This document shows, piece by piece, positions 27,019 through 37,870 of a stretch of DNA of 55,184 nucleotides (position 1 is its first letter; each line of letters begins with the position of its first letter). Location: the sequence record DRR378314_499; one strand, 5' to 3'. Under the pieces are notes generated by a model, which saw only the letters and a program-made list of their open reading frames with translations, did not search any database and was not told the origin of the DNA. Both the position numbers and the translations under genes were made by a program.

Positions 27019-27807
27019 TCAGTTGTTTTTTGGAAGCTTATATCCATAGCGTAAACAGATTTGTTCCAGCTCACCATTTTTTCTCATTTTCTCTAGTTCC
27101 ATATTAAAAGGCTCAACAAAATGTCGCCATTTTTTAGAGAACATAATCCGATACCCATAATCAGTGAGGGGTCTATCTGACGTTTTGAGTTGGCCCTCCA
27201 ATTGATTTTCCTTGATTATCCAGGCACCAACCGCATCATTTAAAATGGCGCCATTTCCTCTTTCTTCTAAAACCATCCTTAACATGGACAAATCACTGGT
27301 AGTATTCAAACGGTCAATCAAGCCCTCGCTGAAAAAAGACATTAACGGCGGGTATTTGAACCCCAGTCGGGTGACTAACCTTTTCCCAAACAAATCCTCC
27401 ACGCGATCAAACTGCACAGGAGCGTCTACTCTTGAAAAAATAACGTTTCGGACAGGTAAAATGGAATTGGTAAAGACAAAGTTTTCAGGGTTTTCTATCC
27501 ATTCAATAGCCGTCGCATGGGCGTCTAAGAATCCAAGCTGGAAAAAACGCACTTCCCTGTTTTTGGGAACAAAAACGGTTTCAACAGCCAGTCCGTGTTT
27601 TTCTAGTATACGTTTGAAAACATCATAAATAATGCCAGCTGGCGAAGTGTCTTTGTTTGCAGGAATCATAAAGGGGGGATAACCATTATTGGTCATGTTA
27701 AAGACAACGGTTGTCTCTTTATCTCCGGTGCCTTTATCCGCCTCAGCGACACCAGAAAAAATACAAACGGCAAACCCTAAGGAGAGTATTAAAACAACCC
27801 GTCGCAT
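27019..27807 (-). CDS. Stand-alone family 3 periplasmic substrate-binding protein
   Basis: Signal peptide, YPPF, GIIYD, L.GK.L.TRLGF.Y, FN.EL..M..NGEL; start at 27807 or 27822. Confidence 0.8.
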   Translation of the reverse strand: MRRVVLILSLGFAVCIFSGVAEADKGTGDKETTVVFNMTNNGYPPFMIPANKDTSPAGIIYDVFKRILEKHGLAVETVFVPKNREVRFFQLGFLDAHATAIEWIENPENFVFTNSILPVRNVIFSRVDAPVQFDRVEDLFGKRLVTRLGFKYPPLMSFFSEGLIDRLNTTSDLSMLRMVLEERGNGAILNDAVGAWIIKENQLEGQLKTSDRPLTDYGYRIMFSKKWRHFVEPFNMELEKMRKNGELEQICLRYGYKLPKNN

Positions 27808-27990
27808 CCGTTGTAATACCATTAATGCTCTCAATGCAAAATGCTCATGCCAAAGAAAGATCCTTTGTGTTGTTATCCAGCGCCCCCAAAGCTCAGGAAA
27901 AGATCTCTCCACAACAGATCGTAGATCAAGTACCAATTCCAATACCAGTCTAATCTAATAATATACGGTTAAGGTAGTAGCTTAAGCAGC

Positions 27991-28029
27991 GAAAGTGAAA
28001 ATTTGAGCCTTTATCCTCGGCACCAAACT
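27991..28029 (+). repeat. att core copy 3 (heavily decayed tRNA-Leu 3' end)
   Basis: GAAAGTGAAAATTTGAGCCTTTATCCTCGGCACCAAACT vs 39-76: 31/38 identical plus one insertion; final 11 nt exact. Confidence 0.6.
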
Positions 28030-28176
28030 TCTAATAGATTGCCGAAGATGAAGCGTTCATCGGCTGAACGTATGTTCAATGTTCCGTTTGCTCAAGCAAG
28101 CATCCCCTGACATTGACGATAAAACTCAAGACTTATCTTTCTTTTCAAACAACGGAATCACTTAAAGGATAGGGTG

Positions 28177-29160
28177 TCACCTGGCCATCTCTTCAACTTG
28201 AGAAAAGAACTCCAGGCTTTCCCCAAATATCTGTCCGGCGATTTTCTCAAGATTAGCGTAATGGGTTCCTCGGTGAACTTCCACATAGCGTCGATGTTCG
28301 CTGGAAAGTTGGTCGAACAAGTTCAAGGCATCCTCACGAGTGGAAGTGGTATCGCTGTCTCCGCGAATAAGCATCACGGGACATTCGATATCTGACGGCT
28401 CCATCAGAGCACGGCCATTAAACACCTCCCATAGATCCAGAAAAGTGCCATTGGGCGCCCGGAAAAGCGGATTTTCATTGTTTGTCGAATGATCACAGGC
28501 AGTTACAGACTGTGACATCAACCCTTGCATCACGGTATCATCCCGCCAATTTGTCGGATCATCAGATCGGATTTCAGCGTCCCAGCGAGATTTCAAACTG
28601 GCTGCATCCACTTCGCGATAAGCCGCTAACGTTTGGGGGTCTCCAATCATGTCAATCCACGCTTGATTATAGGCCGCGTATAAAGGCGCATACAGCAGCA
28701 AGCTTCGAACTTTGGATTTTCCAAGGTCACTGGTATATTTTGAGGTTGTAATGCTTCCCCAGGATCCACCAACCAGGTGAACCTGGGAAGTGTTCTCCCG
28801 TTCACAAATTTCGTCTATGGCTAATTCAATATCCTGCAAGGCCTCGTCGCTCTTACAGAATGGTTTTGCCATCTTCTGCAAGGCACTGGTTTGTGAATAC
28901 CCATATCCCCTTATATCAACTGCATAAGCAGAAAAACCTCTCTGCGCTGCCCAGTACATCCAGTTTGTCTGCCGGGTAATAGAATCAAAAATTGGACTGC
29001 TGAAGGTCGCCCCATGGACGAACAGGATTGGGGTGGGCTGCTTGGGGCCCATCGCCGGGCGGTGACGCATGAAAATTTTTAGATCCTGCACCTTCGGTTG
29101 ATCGATGTTGAAAGTTTCACAGGGAGGTACCCTGCTATCCACCGCGCTTAAATGTCTCAT
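28177..29160 (-). CDS. Alpha/beta hydrolase
   Basis: LFVHGAT, DIRGYG.S, nucleophile elbow GGSWG, RGDSD, GTH. Confidence 0.88.
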   Translation of the reverse strand: MRHLSAVDSRVPPCETFNIDQPKVQDLKIFMRHRPAMGPKQPTPILFVHGATFSSPIFDSITRQTNWMYWAAQRGFSAYAVDIRGYGYSQTSALQKMAKPFCKSDEALQDIELAIDEICERENTSQVHLVGGSWGSITTSKYTSDLGKSKVRSLLLYAPLYAAYNQAWIDMIGDPQTLAAYREVDAASLKSRWDAEIRSDDPTNWRDDTVMQGLMSQSVTACDHSTNNENPLFRAPNGTFLDLWEVFNGRALMEPSDIECPVMLIRGDSDTTSTREDALNLFDQLSSEHRRYVEVHRGTHYANLEKIAGQIFGESLEFFSQVEEMAR

Positions 29161-29171
29161 TATTAGCCTGC

Positions 29172-30533
29172 TCACGAGAAAAACAGATTTGGGATGACGG
29201 TTACCAAACTTGGAAAGGCCCAAAACAGAGAAATGCCGGCCATGTAAATACCGACAATAGGCCACGCCGCCCGGAACACTTCCGAGGTCGAAAGTTCAGG
29301 CGATGCGCCTTTTAAAGCAAAAAGCGTATAACCAAAGGGCGGGGTGAGGCTACCGACAGTCAAGTTGATTAAAAACAAGGTCCAGAACCAGATTGGATCG
29401 AAGCCAATCGCAGCAACAATTGGAACGTAAATCGGGATGGCCATTAACATGAAGGCAATCTGATCGATAAACATGCAAAGGACAAAGGGGATGAGCATCA
29501 TGATCAGAAATGTTGCATCCGGGCCCAGTCCCAGCACTGTTACCGTTTCTACGATCCCGCGCGTGGCACCGGTAAAGGAAAGAAGCTGACTAAACAGTTT
29601 GGCGGAACAGACAATCAACAGAATTCCCGTACTAATCGCGGCTGCTGACAACAGGGAATCATAGATCATTTTCCAACTTAACCGCCGGAAGAACACAGCG
29701 GTAAGACACGCCCCGATCACGCCTGTTGCTGCAGATTCAGACGGTGTTGCAATTCCCAGCAAAATTAAACCCATAACGGAAAAAACAACAATCCCGAACG
29801 GGGTTATGTTGATCAGTGCCCGAAGCGCTGTTTTTGGCTTTTCTATTTCCAAAGTCGCCTCAGTCTCTACAGGCGGTAAATCCCTTGAAACTGATTGATC
29901 TTGCAAAAGGGGTTTGTTCCCGGCTGCCGCCCCTCGGAAAATACGAAACATCACAAACATCAGGGTGAGCAGCGCGAGGATAATCCCGGGAATAATCCCG
30001 GCGACCAACAGCCCGGCAATTGAAACATCCGCAAGAGAGCCAATGATAATCGCAAACAAGCTTGGTGGAATTATGGGGGCCAGGCTGGCGCCAGACAGAA
30101 TTGTTGAGGCAGACAGGACTTTACTATAGCCGCGATCGACCATCATTGGCATAAGCGAGCGGCCCAGCATGGCCGCAACTGCAACCGCGGAACCTGACAA
30201 CGCACCAAACAAAGTGGATAACAGAACCGTTACAATATAAAGCCGACCCTGCAACCGCCCCACCAGATGATCAACAGAATCAAACAGAACCGCCACCGCA
30301 CCACTGCGAAACAGGATCTCTCCCATCAGGACAAAAATTGCAATCGTCGCAAGCGTTGGGGATGTGGCTGTCTCCAGCATACTATTTGAAAATAATCCAA
30401 ATCCGCGCTGCCCGATCAGAACCAGTACGCCCACCAGGTTCAATATTAAGAAACCCACAAAAACCGGCGCGCCGATAATTAAGGTCGACAAGAGAAGGCT
30501 CATGGCGCCGCCCAAGGCGAAAGGCCACGTCAT
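29172..30533 (-). CDS. dctM: TRAP transporter large permease
   Basis: FVLMGEIL..SG, SGSAVA, IIPPS, ATPSE, TPPFG. Confidence 0.92.
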   Translation of the reverse strand: MTWPFALGGAMSLLLSTLIIGAPVFVGFLILNLVGVLVLIGQRGFGLFSNSMLETATSPTLATIAIFVLMGEILFRSGAVAVLFDSVDHLVGRLQGRLYIVTVLLSTLFGALSGSAVAVAAMLGRSLMPMMVDRGYSKVLSASTILSGASLAPIIPPSLFAIIIGSLADVSIAGLLVAGIIPGIILALLTLMFVMFRIFRGAAAGNKPLLQDQSVSRDLPPVETEATLEIEKPKTALRALINITPFGIVVFSVMGLILLGIATPSESAATGVIGACLTAVFFRRLSWKMIYDSLLSAAAISTGILLIVCSAKLFSQLLSFTGATRGIVETVTVLGLGPDATFLIMMLIPFVLCMFIDQIAFMLMAIPIYVPIVAAIGFDPIWFWTLFLINLTVGSLTPPFGYTLFALKGASPELSTSEVFRAAWPIVGIYMAGISLFWAFPSLVTVIPNLFFS

Positions 30534-31054
30534 TTCTGACCTCCATTCATTTCAGTTTCAGCGGACAAATGCCCATTTCCCATCACCTGCCGGATAAAGA
30601 CGACCCCACAAACGCCAATGCCATAAGCAATAAACATACTGAATAGCCACTTTGGAATTGGATGCGCGGCATTTGTCATCACTCCCCGCGTGAACTGGGT
30701 AACGGTTTCGTTTGTCGCTATATAAGCCGTAGAAAAGCAAGCCAATGCAGAGATCAAAGCCAGACCCTTTGCTGCAATGGCGGATTTTGACGGCGGCAGA
30801 TAAGCGATCAAGATATCAATCGCAATATGGCTGCTTTTGCGGGTCACTTCGGGCGCCGTCGTGAAGATCATCACACAAAGAAGGTAACCGACGACTTCTA
30901 ACGTCCAGGTCGTCGGGGCATTGAGCGCGTATCGCACAAAGACTTCATAAACGTATAAAGTCACCATACCAGCCAGTGAAAAAGCACCCACCTGAAAAGA
31001 GAGCCGGGTCACCAACTCCAGCCCTCTATCAAATTTTCTAAGGCTATACTTCAA
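30530..31054 (-). CDS. dctQ: TRAP transporter small permease
   Basis: Four TM segments, EVFVRY.LNAPT.W, HI.ID. Confidence 0.88.
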   Translation of the reverse strand: MKYSLRKFDRGLELVTRLSFQVGAFSLAGMVTLYVYEVFVRYALNAPTTWTLEVVGYLLCVMIFTTAPEVTRKSSHIAIDILIAYLPPSKSAIAAKGLALISALACFSTAYIATNETVTQFTRGVMTNAAHPIPKWLFSMFIAYGIGVCGVVFIRQVMGNGHLSAETEMNGGQK

Positions 31055-31086
31055 AGCATAAGGCTCCTTAAGTCAGACCCGGTCAC

Positions 31087-32067
31087 TTATGGCGTAAGTC
31101 CTGCTTTTCGAGCAATATCCCGCAATTTGGCTGCATCCTCAGGTGTTTTGCCAATCGCAACCTCCCATACGCCATTCGCCCATAGCGCATCAAACCGCTC
31201 ACCTTCACTGTCGTCAAACTGGGTCATTTTCATCCCCAAACCCAACAAAGCCTTCTTCTCGTCTGCTGCCAGTTTGTTAAACCGGGCAATGGTATCGACC
31301 TCTAGCTGCTGACCTACATTTTCCAGCATTGTCCGTTCTGCATCACTCAGATCATTCCAGCTATCCAGGTTCATAAAAACCATCAGGCCAACCTGACCAA
31401 AAGTCGGATCAGCAAGGTAGGATGCGACCTCATACCATTTGAAATCTTTCGCTCCGGTCAATCCCCATGCCGCACCATCGATTACACTATTTTGTAGGGC
31501 CGAATAGACTTCGCCGCCGGGCAGAACGACCGGAGATCCGCCTAACGCCTTAATCATCGGATGGTAGCTAACGGTACCCCGAATTTTACGTCCCTTAAGA
31601 CCAGGCGTTCCCTCAACAGGCTGCTTTAGGAAATACCGAAAACCAACAGATCCTGTCGCGGGGGCAGAAATCAATTTCAAACCCAGTTTCTGATAATGCT
31701 GGTCAATAAATGCGGTCACACCAGCGGCTCTTCGTTTTGTGGGATCCGGCGCAATCGCGTCGATTGACAGTCCCACTGCCGAAACGCCAGCGTGATAGGC
31801 TGGATGTGTGAAGAGTAAATCATAAACGCCAGCCTGTACCGGCTCCAGCTGTTCAAAGGTCGGGATCACGTCAGGCCCCTGCAACGAAATGGTGAGGTCC
31901 CCTTTTGATTTGCTTTTAACAAGCTCCATAAACGGTTTGGCAATCTCCGTGGTCCAAATGAAGTTGTCCGGGAATCCGCCGATCATGCGAAGTTCAGTTG
32001 CGTTTGATAGGCCTGGCATCGAGAGTATTGCAAGAGCAGCAATCCCCGCTTTCAGAATTTGTTTCAT
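31087..32067 (-). CDS. dctP: TRAP substrate-binding protein
   Basis: Signal peptide, LKGRKIR, LGGSPV.LP.GEVYSALQ..VIDG. Confidence 0.9.
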   Translation of the reverse strand: MKQILKAGIAALAILSMPGLSNATELRMIGGFPDNFIWTTEIAKPFMELVKSKSKGDLTISLQGPDVIPTFEQLEPVQAGVYDLLFTHPAYHAGVSAVGLSIDAIAPDPTKRRAAGVTAFIDQHYQKLGLKLISAPATGSVGFRYFLKQPVEGTPGLKGRKIRGTVSYHPMIKALGGSPVVLPGGEVYSALQNSVIDGAAWGLTGAKDFKWYEVASYLADPTFGQVGLMVFMNLDSWNDLSDAERTMLENVGQQLEVDTIARFNKLAADEKKALLGLGMKMTQFDDSEGERFDALWANGVWEVAIGKTPEDAAKLRDIARKAGLTP

Positions 32068-32149
32068 CAATTTTCCTCCCACAGTTGGTTACCTTTATTC
32101 TTTATTGAGTCGCCAGAATCTTAAGTTTAATTTAGGCGGCAAGGCCATT

Positions 32150-32167
32150 TAGTCCCAAATGGGAGTA
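32150..32167. promoter_or_regulatory. Palindrome, candidate MarR operator
   Basis: TAGTCCCA-AA-TGGGAGTA between divergent dctP and marR. Confidence 0.55.
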
Positions 32168-32215
32168 TTTGTAAAGCCTGTTTCTTTCTATCGCGGATAT
32201 TGGTAATAAATAAAA

Positions 32216-32758
32216 ATGGAAAATGATGAAGTACAAGGCTCAAGCGTTACGGGCGGGGCATTTGACCCTCTGGACCAGATCGAAGACTCTTTCGGTATTC
32301 TGTCTCGGAGCCTATTGGAACAAAATCCCATACTTGATCTTTGGCGCATCAGTTTTCTTGCAAACTTTTATAATGAATCTTTTTATAAAATGGTGGAAGA
32401 GAGCGAAGGAATTTCCCGGTCGGAATTTTTGGTTCTCTTTTGTTTAAACAGCCGCCACGGAATAACAGCGCGAGAAATTTGCCTCGCAACAGGGCGGCCC
32501 CGAAACTCGGTCAGCCGCGCTGTTGCCAGGTTACGGAAGTTAAAATTTATAACTTATTCCATTAGTGAAGATGACAAACGGCGGAAAATACTGCAGGAAA
32601 CAGAACAGGGGCGATCGCTCCTAAATCGTGTGCTCCCCAAGGCCATAGATCGGATGAACAAGCTGATGGATCCGCTGAGCGCAGAAGAAACCACCGAACT
32701 GAACCGATTACTCACCAAATTAATCAGCAATGTCCCGAACTGGGCTTTAAAAAGCTAA
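32216..32758 (+). CDS. MarR family regulator
   Basis: EFLVL, VSRAVARL, DKRR..L..TE.G. Confidence 0.88.
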   Translation: MENDEVQGSSVTGGAFDPLDQIEDSFGILSRSLLEQNPILDLWRISFLANFYNESFYKMVEESEGISRSEFLVLFCLNSRHGITAREICLATGRPRNSVSRAVARLRKLKFITYSISEDDKRRKILQETEQGRSLLNRVLPKAIDRMNKLMDPLSAEETTELNRLLTKLISNVPNWALKS

Positions 32759-32840
32759 CGCAAAGGTCAAAACCGCAAAGGTTATTGGAGGGTTATATCT
32801 CCGATCCGAAAGGGTTTTTCCGCCAACTCGGCAGGTAACA

Positions 32841-35609
32841 TCACCCGCTATTTCTTAAGCCTGCGGCAATACCATTGATCGACAATTGAATGCCGGTCAG
32901 GGTTTTCGCATCCTTTTGATTGGCCCGATACCGCTTAAGCAGTTGAACCTGAATATGGTTCAACGGATCAATATAGGGAAACCGGTTGTGAATAGACCGG
33001 GTCAGCATCGGATTCCGCGCCAGCAATGTATCCTGCTGCATAATGGCCAACAGCGCGTCCACGGTTTTTTTATGCTCGGCAACGATGGTCCCGAAGATTT
33101 CATCGCGCAGGCGCACATCCGGGACCAGGGCTGAATATCGGGACGCAATTGCCAAATTGGTTTTACTCAGGACCATATCCATGTTGGAAAGCTGACCTTC
33201 AAAAAAGGGCCAGTCCTGATACATATTCTGTAAGGTCGCTAGCCCATCTTCCGGGTTTTCCTGCAGGAATGCCTCAACAGCAGAGCCAAAACCGAACCAG
33301 CCCGGAAGCATGAGGCGGCATTGCGCCCAACTGAAGACCCAGGGAATAGCCCGCAAATCCTCAATCCGCCGGGTCTTCTTGCGCGATGCCGGACGGCTAC
33401 CAATGTTGAGCGTAGCGATTTCATTGATCACTGTGGAGGACCAGAAATAGTCAACAAATCCCACATTGCCATAGACAAGGCTGCGATAGGTCTTAAAGGC
33501 ATGATTTGAGAGTGTATCCATCGCCGTCAGCCAGCTCTCCTCCGGTTCCGGCTCATTTTTTGACAATAAAGACGCTTCCAAAGTCGCCGAAGCGAGGATT
33601 TCAAGATTGCGCAAACCCAGATCCGGATTTGTGTATTTACTGGAAATGATTTCACCCTGCTCGGTCACCCGGATTTGACCATCAACCGCACCAGTGGGTT
33701 GGGCCAGGATCGCCTCATAGCTTGGCCCCCCACCGCGACCGACGGTACCGCCGCGGCCATGGAATAATCTGATGCCAACACCATGCTTTTGAAAGACCTT
33801 GATCAAACTGACTTCAGCCTTATACAGCTCCCAGCCTGACGTTATATATCCACCATCCTTGTTACTGTCCGAATATCCCAGCATCACTTCCTGAATATTT
33901 CCAAGGCTTTTGATCAATTGCATATATTCAGGAATGCTGAACAGCTCATCCATGATCTGGGAACAATTTTGCAGATCCTCGATGGTTTCGAAAAGCGGGA
34001 CAATGTTCATTCGGCTGACACCGTCCGGAGAAATCACGCCATTTTCCTTCAGGATCAGCGCAAGCTCCAAAATATCAGATACGGATTCCGTGTTGGAAAT
34101 AATCGCCGTGGAAAGCGCTTCAAAATTCTGGGTTTTCTGAATGTCGCGCGCCGCTTCAAATAAATCCAGCTCGCTCATGGTTTGTTCAGAATATGTCCAG
34201 TTTCGACGGATCAACGGGCGAGCCGCCGATAATTCTTTCACCAGAAGGTGGATTTTTTCAGCCTCAGGTAACTCCAGATAATGATCTACAAGATCGACGG
34301 CAGCAAACAGTTCATCAACCGTTGCACCATGAACTTTTGAATTCTGGCGCATGTCTACGCAGGCCAAATGAAAGCCAAAACAATCCACGCACCGACACAG
34401 CTCCTCTAACCGGCCATCCGCCAATTCCGGCGAATTGTTGGTCTTCAGCGACTGTTTAATGACGCGCAGATCCGCAAGCAGTTCGGCTGGTGTGTTATAC
34501 GGCACCGCCTCTGCTGTTGGGCGCGGATGCACGCTTTGCTCATCCAGAATCCTCAAGGTTGCAGAGAGCCGCGCATAAATTCCGACAATTGCCCTGCGAT
34601 AGGGCTCCTCTATCCGATGGGCGGACTTATCTGGGGAGTCTTCTGATAATTGATGGAGGGCACTGGACACATCGATAAGGCGGGTCGATAGGGACAATTC
34701 ACGGCCGAGCTCATTCAATTGCTCCAGATAATAGGTCAGGATCAAGCTGCTTTGCCGGCGAAAGGTTTCTTTTAAGACATCCGCGGTGACAAAGGGGTTG
34801 CCATCCCGATCGCCGCCGATCCAGCTTCCAATCCGCAAAAAGGAGGGAATGGAAAAATCTGTATCCTCCTTAAGCCGGCTTTTCAGGCTTGCTTCGAGTT
34901 TACGATAGAAGTTTGGTAACTGTTTTAGAAACGTATAGTCAAAATAACTCAATCCATTCTTCAATTCGTCAATCACGCTCATTTTTGACTGGCGCAGGAG
35001 ATTGGTTTGCCAAAGCGTCAGTATTTTACGCTGTAACTCTTTTTCCTTTTCGTCAATTTCATTCGGGGTAAAATCAACCCGTTCCAGTTCATGCAATAAT
35101 TCCGCTATTCGCATTTCCTGCGTCATTGTACTTTTGCGGCGCACTTCTGTCGGATGAGCCGTCATAACCGGTGCAATCAGCGCTTTGTCATAAAATTTAA
35201 CAATGTCATCAATACTGTGCCCAGCCTCCTCAATCCGTTCTATCGCTTTTTGAGTGCTGCTGAATCTGGCCGGGCTGCCGGCAATTTCGTGATATCGAAT
35301 GCGCCTGATGTGATGCTGATCCTCAGCAATATTGGCAAGATGAGAAAAGTAACTGAAAGCACGTAAGATCTGAACCGCCAGTTCGGGGCTCAACGAATCC
35401 AGGACATCTTCCAATTCTTTTCGAATTTCCTCGTTATCGTTTTTGACATATTCAACCGAGGTCTGGCGGATCAGTTCCACAAGATTAAAAACGCCGACAC
35501 CTTCCTGATCCTTGATTGTATTGCCCAACAAACGTCCAAGAAGTCTTATATTCTCAACCAGAGGAATATCTTTGTCAGTGCTGAAGCCGGTCATACTATT
35601 CTCTTTCAT
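32841..35609 (-). CDS. ppc: Phosphoenolpyruvate carboxylase
   Basis: TAHPTE, GSWIGGDRDGNP, VMLGYSDS.KDGG, FHGRGGTVGRGG, LRAIPW, C-terminal LRNSG. Confidence 0.98.
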   Translation of the reverse strand: MKENSMTGFSTDKDIPLVENIRLLGRLLGNTIKDQEGVGVFNLVELIRQTSVEYVKNDNEEIRKELEDVLDSLSPELAVQILRAFSYFSHLANIAEDQHHIRRIRYHEIAGSPARFSSTQKAIERIEEAGHSIDDIVKFYDKALIAPVMTAHPTEVRRKSTMTQEMRIAELLHELERVDFTPNEIDEKEKELQRKILTLWQTNLLRQSKMSVIDELKNGLSYFDYTFLKQLPNFYRKLEASLKSRLKEDTDFSIPSFLRIGSWIGGDRDGNPFVTADVLKETFRRQSSLILTYYLEQLNELGRELSLSTRLIDVSSALHQLSEDSPDKSAHRIEEPYRRAIVGIYARLSATLRILDEQSVHPRPTAEAVPYNTPAELLADLRVIKQSLKTNNSPELADGRLEELCRCVDCFGFHLACVDMRQNSKVHGATVDELFAAVDLVDHYLELPEAEKIHLLVKELSAARPLIRRNWTYSEQTMSELDLFEAARDIQKTQNFEALSTAIISNTESVSDILELALILKENGVISPDGVSRMNIVPLFETIEDLQNCSQIMDELFSIPEYMQLIKSLGNIQEVMLGYSDSNKDGGYITSGWELYKAEVSLIKVFQKHGVGIRLFHGRGGTVGRGGGPSYEAILAQPTGAVDGQIRVTEQGEIISSKYTNPDLGLRNLEILASATLEASLLSKNEPEPEESWLTAMDTLSNHAFKTYRSLVYGNVGFVDYFWSSTVINEIATLNIGSRPASRKKTRRIEDLRAIPWVFSWAQCRLMLPGWFGFGSAVEAFLQENPEDGLATLQNMYQDWPFFEGQLSNMDMVLSKTNLAIASRYSALVPDVRLRDEIFGTIVAEHKKTVDALLAIMQQDTLLARNPMLTRSIHNRFPYIDPLNHIQVQLLKRYRANQKDAKTLTGIQLSINGIAAGLRNSG

Positions 35610-36003
35610 TTCACAGACTTTGTCGGTGCAAATTCTATTCTGATCATCTTCCTTAAGCGGTGGATCAACCTATGTATAGGGATAAAAATTAACATAAAAG
35701 GAAACCCTAAAATCCAATAATACTGCCTTTGAAAATATCCCACCAAAGCGACCACGCCAGACAGAAAACTTCCGGTTAAACCCAACCTATAATTTTCAGA
35801 GCTTAACACGATATATGGGTGTGAACCACACCGGCGCGGCAGCACTTTGACTTGCAATCCACCAACTGTAGCGTGAGAATATTGCCGCGCAATTGCAGTT
35901 AAAGATCAGAAACTTTCGATCCAGCGCTTTCCATAAACACTGTTTTTTCTACAAATTTACATTATACATGTTGCCCTATTGAATAAGAAGTCTAGATCCC
36001 TCG

Positions 36004-36771
36004 GTGATTGCCATGGCTCGTTCCGCTTATTTCTGTTCCATTCTTGCCTGCCTGTTTTTGCTGATAAAAAGCACAACAGCTTCTGAGGTGGCGACCATTT
36101 ACACCTCTTACTTCCCCAATGTTGTCATGGACGATCCTGAAAAGCCGGGTATTGCCTATGAGATTGTGTCTGAACTTTTCAAACATTCCCAATATGATTA
36201 CAAAATTATCCCCCTTCCCTGGGCCCGGGCGCAGGAGATGGCGAAAAATACACCCAATTCATTGATTTTCCCCCTGTCCTGGACACCTACACGCGATAAA
36301 AACTACAGTTGGGGGGTGAATATCTTCAACAACCAGACTTATTTCATCACATTTGATAACACGAACCTAACAGTACAAAGCGCTCGGGAAAAACGGATCG
36401 GTGTCCAGCTGAAATCAAGCTGGGATAACTGGTTAACGGAACAAGGATTTAAAAATGTGCATAGAGTCCCTGGTGAAGGAAGTGAGCTGATTAAGCTCTT
36501 ACAGAATAAACGGATCCACGCATGGTATACGGATCAAATCATCGCCAATAGCGTCTTGAAAGAACTAACAGACCCGGGCATTACCTACAGCGATCCCGTT
36601 CAGGTCTTTCAAACCTATCTTGCAACCCATCGCATGGTCCCCTACCCCCATATGGCCCAGTTAAACAAAGCCATGGAAGCCTTAAAAAAATCAGGAAAGC
36701 TTGAAGAAATCTATATCCGATATGGGATCTCACCAAACGGAGTAAACCTAACTTCCAACCTACCCAATTAG
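36004..36771 (+). CDS. Family 3 periplasmic substrate-binding protein
   Basis: Signal peptide, PWARA, TPTR, K.SGKL..I. Confidence 0.8.
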   Translation: MIAMARSAYFCSILACLFLLIKSTTASEVATIYTSYFPNVVMDDPEKPGIAYEIVSELFKHSQYDYKIIPLPWARAQEMAKNTPNSLIFPLSWTPTRDKNYSWGVNIFNNQTYFITFDNTNLTVQSAREKRIGVQLKSSWDNWLTEQGFKNVHRVPGEGSELIKLLQNKRIHAWYTDQIIANSVLKELTDPGITYSDPVQVFQTYLATHRMVPYPHMAQLNKAMEALKKSGKLEEIYIRYGISPNGVNLTSNLPN

Positions 36772-36875
36772 GCAACCGCAAAAACCTCGGCCCTTCCCGC
36801 ACTGAATCGAATGGCTGTCATCATTTATATCGGCTCTTATGAAACGATGTCGCCTCCCTCTGCCTGGAGTCCTGC

Positions 36876-37811
36876 ATGTATACAACCATTACAGTTACAG
36901 TCGGTGCAGTTGTTTTTTGGGCGGCCTTAAGTGTTGTCAGCCGAGCCTTGTTGCTGCAATTTAATATGGATCCGTGGCTCTTTACCTTTATTCAACTCAC
37001 TGTCGGCGGACTCACCCTGTTGCTGATAGGAGGGCGGCAAACACTCTCGACCAGCAGTTTTCAAAAACCACAAACATGGGTTTTAGGAGTACTAAGGGTC
37101 CTCTCTGCAGCCTTTTACACATCCATGCTGGCCAAAATCAGTGTTCTGGAAACCGGATCACTGGGAACATTGAGCGTTCCTGTCGCCGCTTTTGTCATTT
37201 GGCATCTACAGGGCCAAAGCCTATCCCGGTTTTCCTGGTTGGGCCACCTGCTGATCACAGGCGCAATCCTTCTGATGCTCTCCCGGCTGGAGGCTCATCT
37301 GCAAACAGAGATCCTGATCCTGGTCCTATTGAATGCCATATCCGTTGTCGCCATGGTCATTCTGGTGGAACGGCATCCCGATAACAGTGCGACCGCCAGC
37401 CCCGGGATCAGGCTTCGCTTTACCGGATCTGTGTTGCTCGTAACGGCTGGGTTTTTCCTGGCCGCCAAGCTGCTGCAAGGAGAATTGACCGGCAAAGGGT
37501 GGAGCGAAGAAGTCCTTTTTGCCGGGATCGCTGTCGGCATTTTCTTTCGAGCACCGTCTATGGTTCTGTCTTTCTGGTCCATTCAGAAAATCGGTTCCCT
37601 CAACTATACAATTGCCGTCTCATTGCTGCCTTTTATCGGGCTTGCCTTTGAACAAATGGCCGTCTTTTTCGGCTGGATTACGGCCTCCCGCCTGGATATC
37701 AGCAGTTTCCTGCTCGCTTTGGGGGTTCTAATAGGATCTCTACTGGTCTTTCTTGGCCGGAACAAGACACCAAACATCGGAGCTGGCGGGAAGGCGCCGA
37801 ATAGGCATTGA
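36876..37811 (+). CDS. DMT/EamA-like transporter
   Basis: About ten hydrophobic segments in two repeats. Confidence 0.6.
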   Translation: MYTTITVTVGAVVFWAALSVVSRALLLQFNMDPWLFTFIQLTVGGLTLLLIGGRQTLSTSSFQKPQTWVLGVLRVLSAAFYTSMLAKISVLETGSLGTLSVPVAAFVIWHLQGQSLSRFSWLGHLLITGAILLMLSRLEAHLQTEILILVLLNAISVVAMVILVERHPDNSATASPGIRLRFTGSVLLVTAGFFLAAKLLQGELTGKGWSEEVLFAGIAVGIFFRAPSMVLSFWSIQKIGSLNYTIAVSLLPFIGLAFEQMAVFFGWITASRLDISSFLLALGVLIGSLLVFLGRNKTPNIGAGGKAPNRH

Positions 37812-37870
37812 ATTTCCCGGAAAGGATTGTATCTTCCTCTGCGCAAATCTTTATTCAGAAAGTAGACGAC

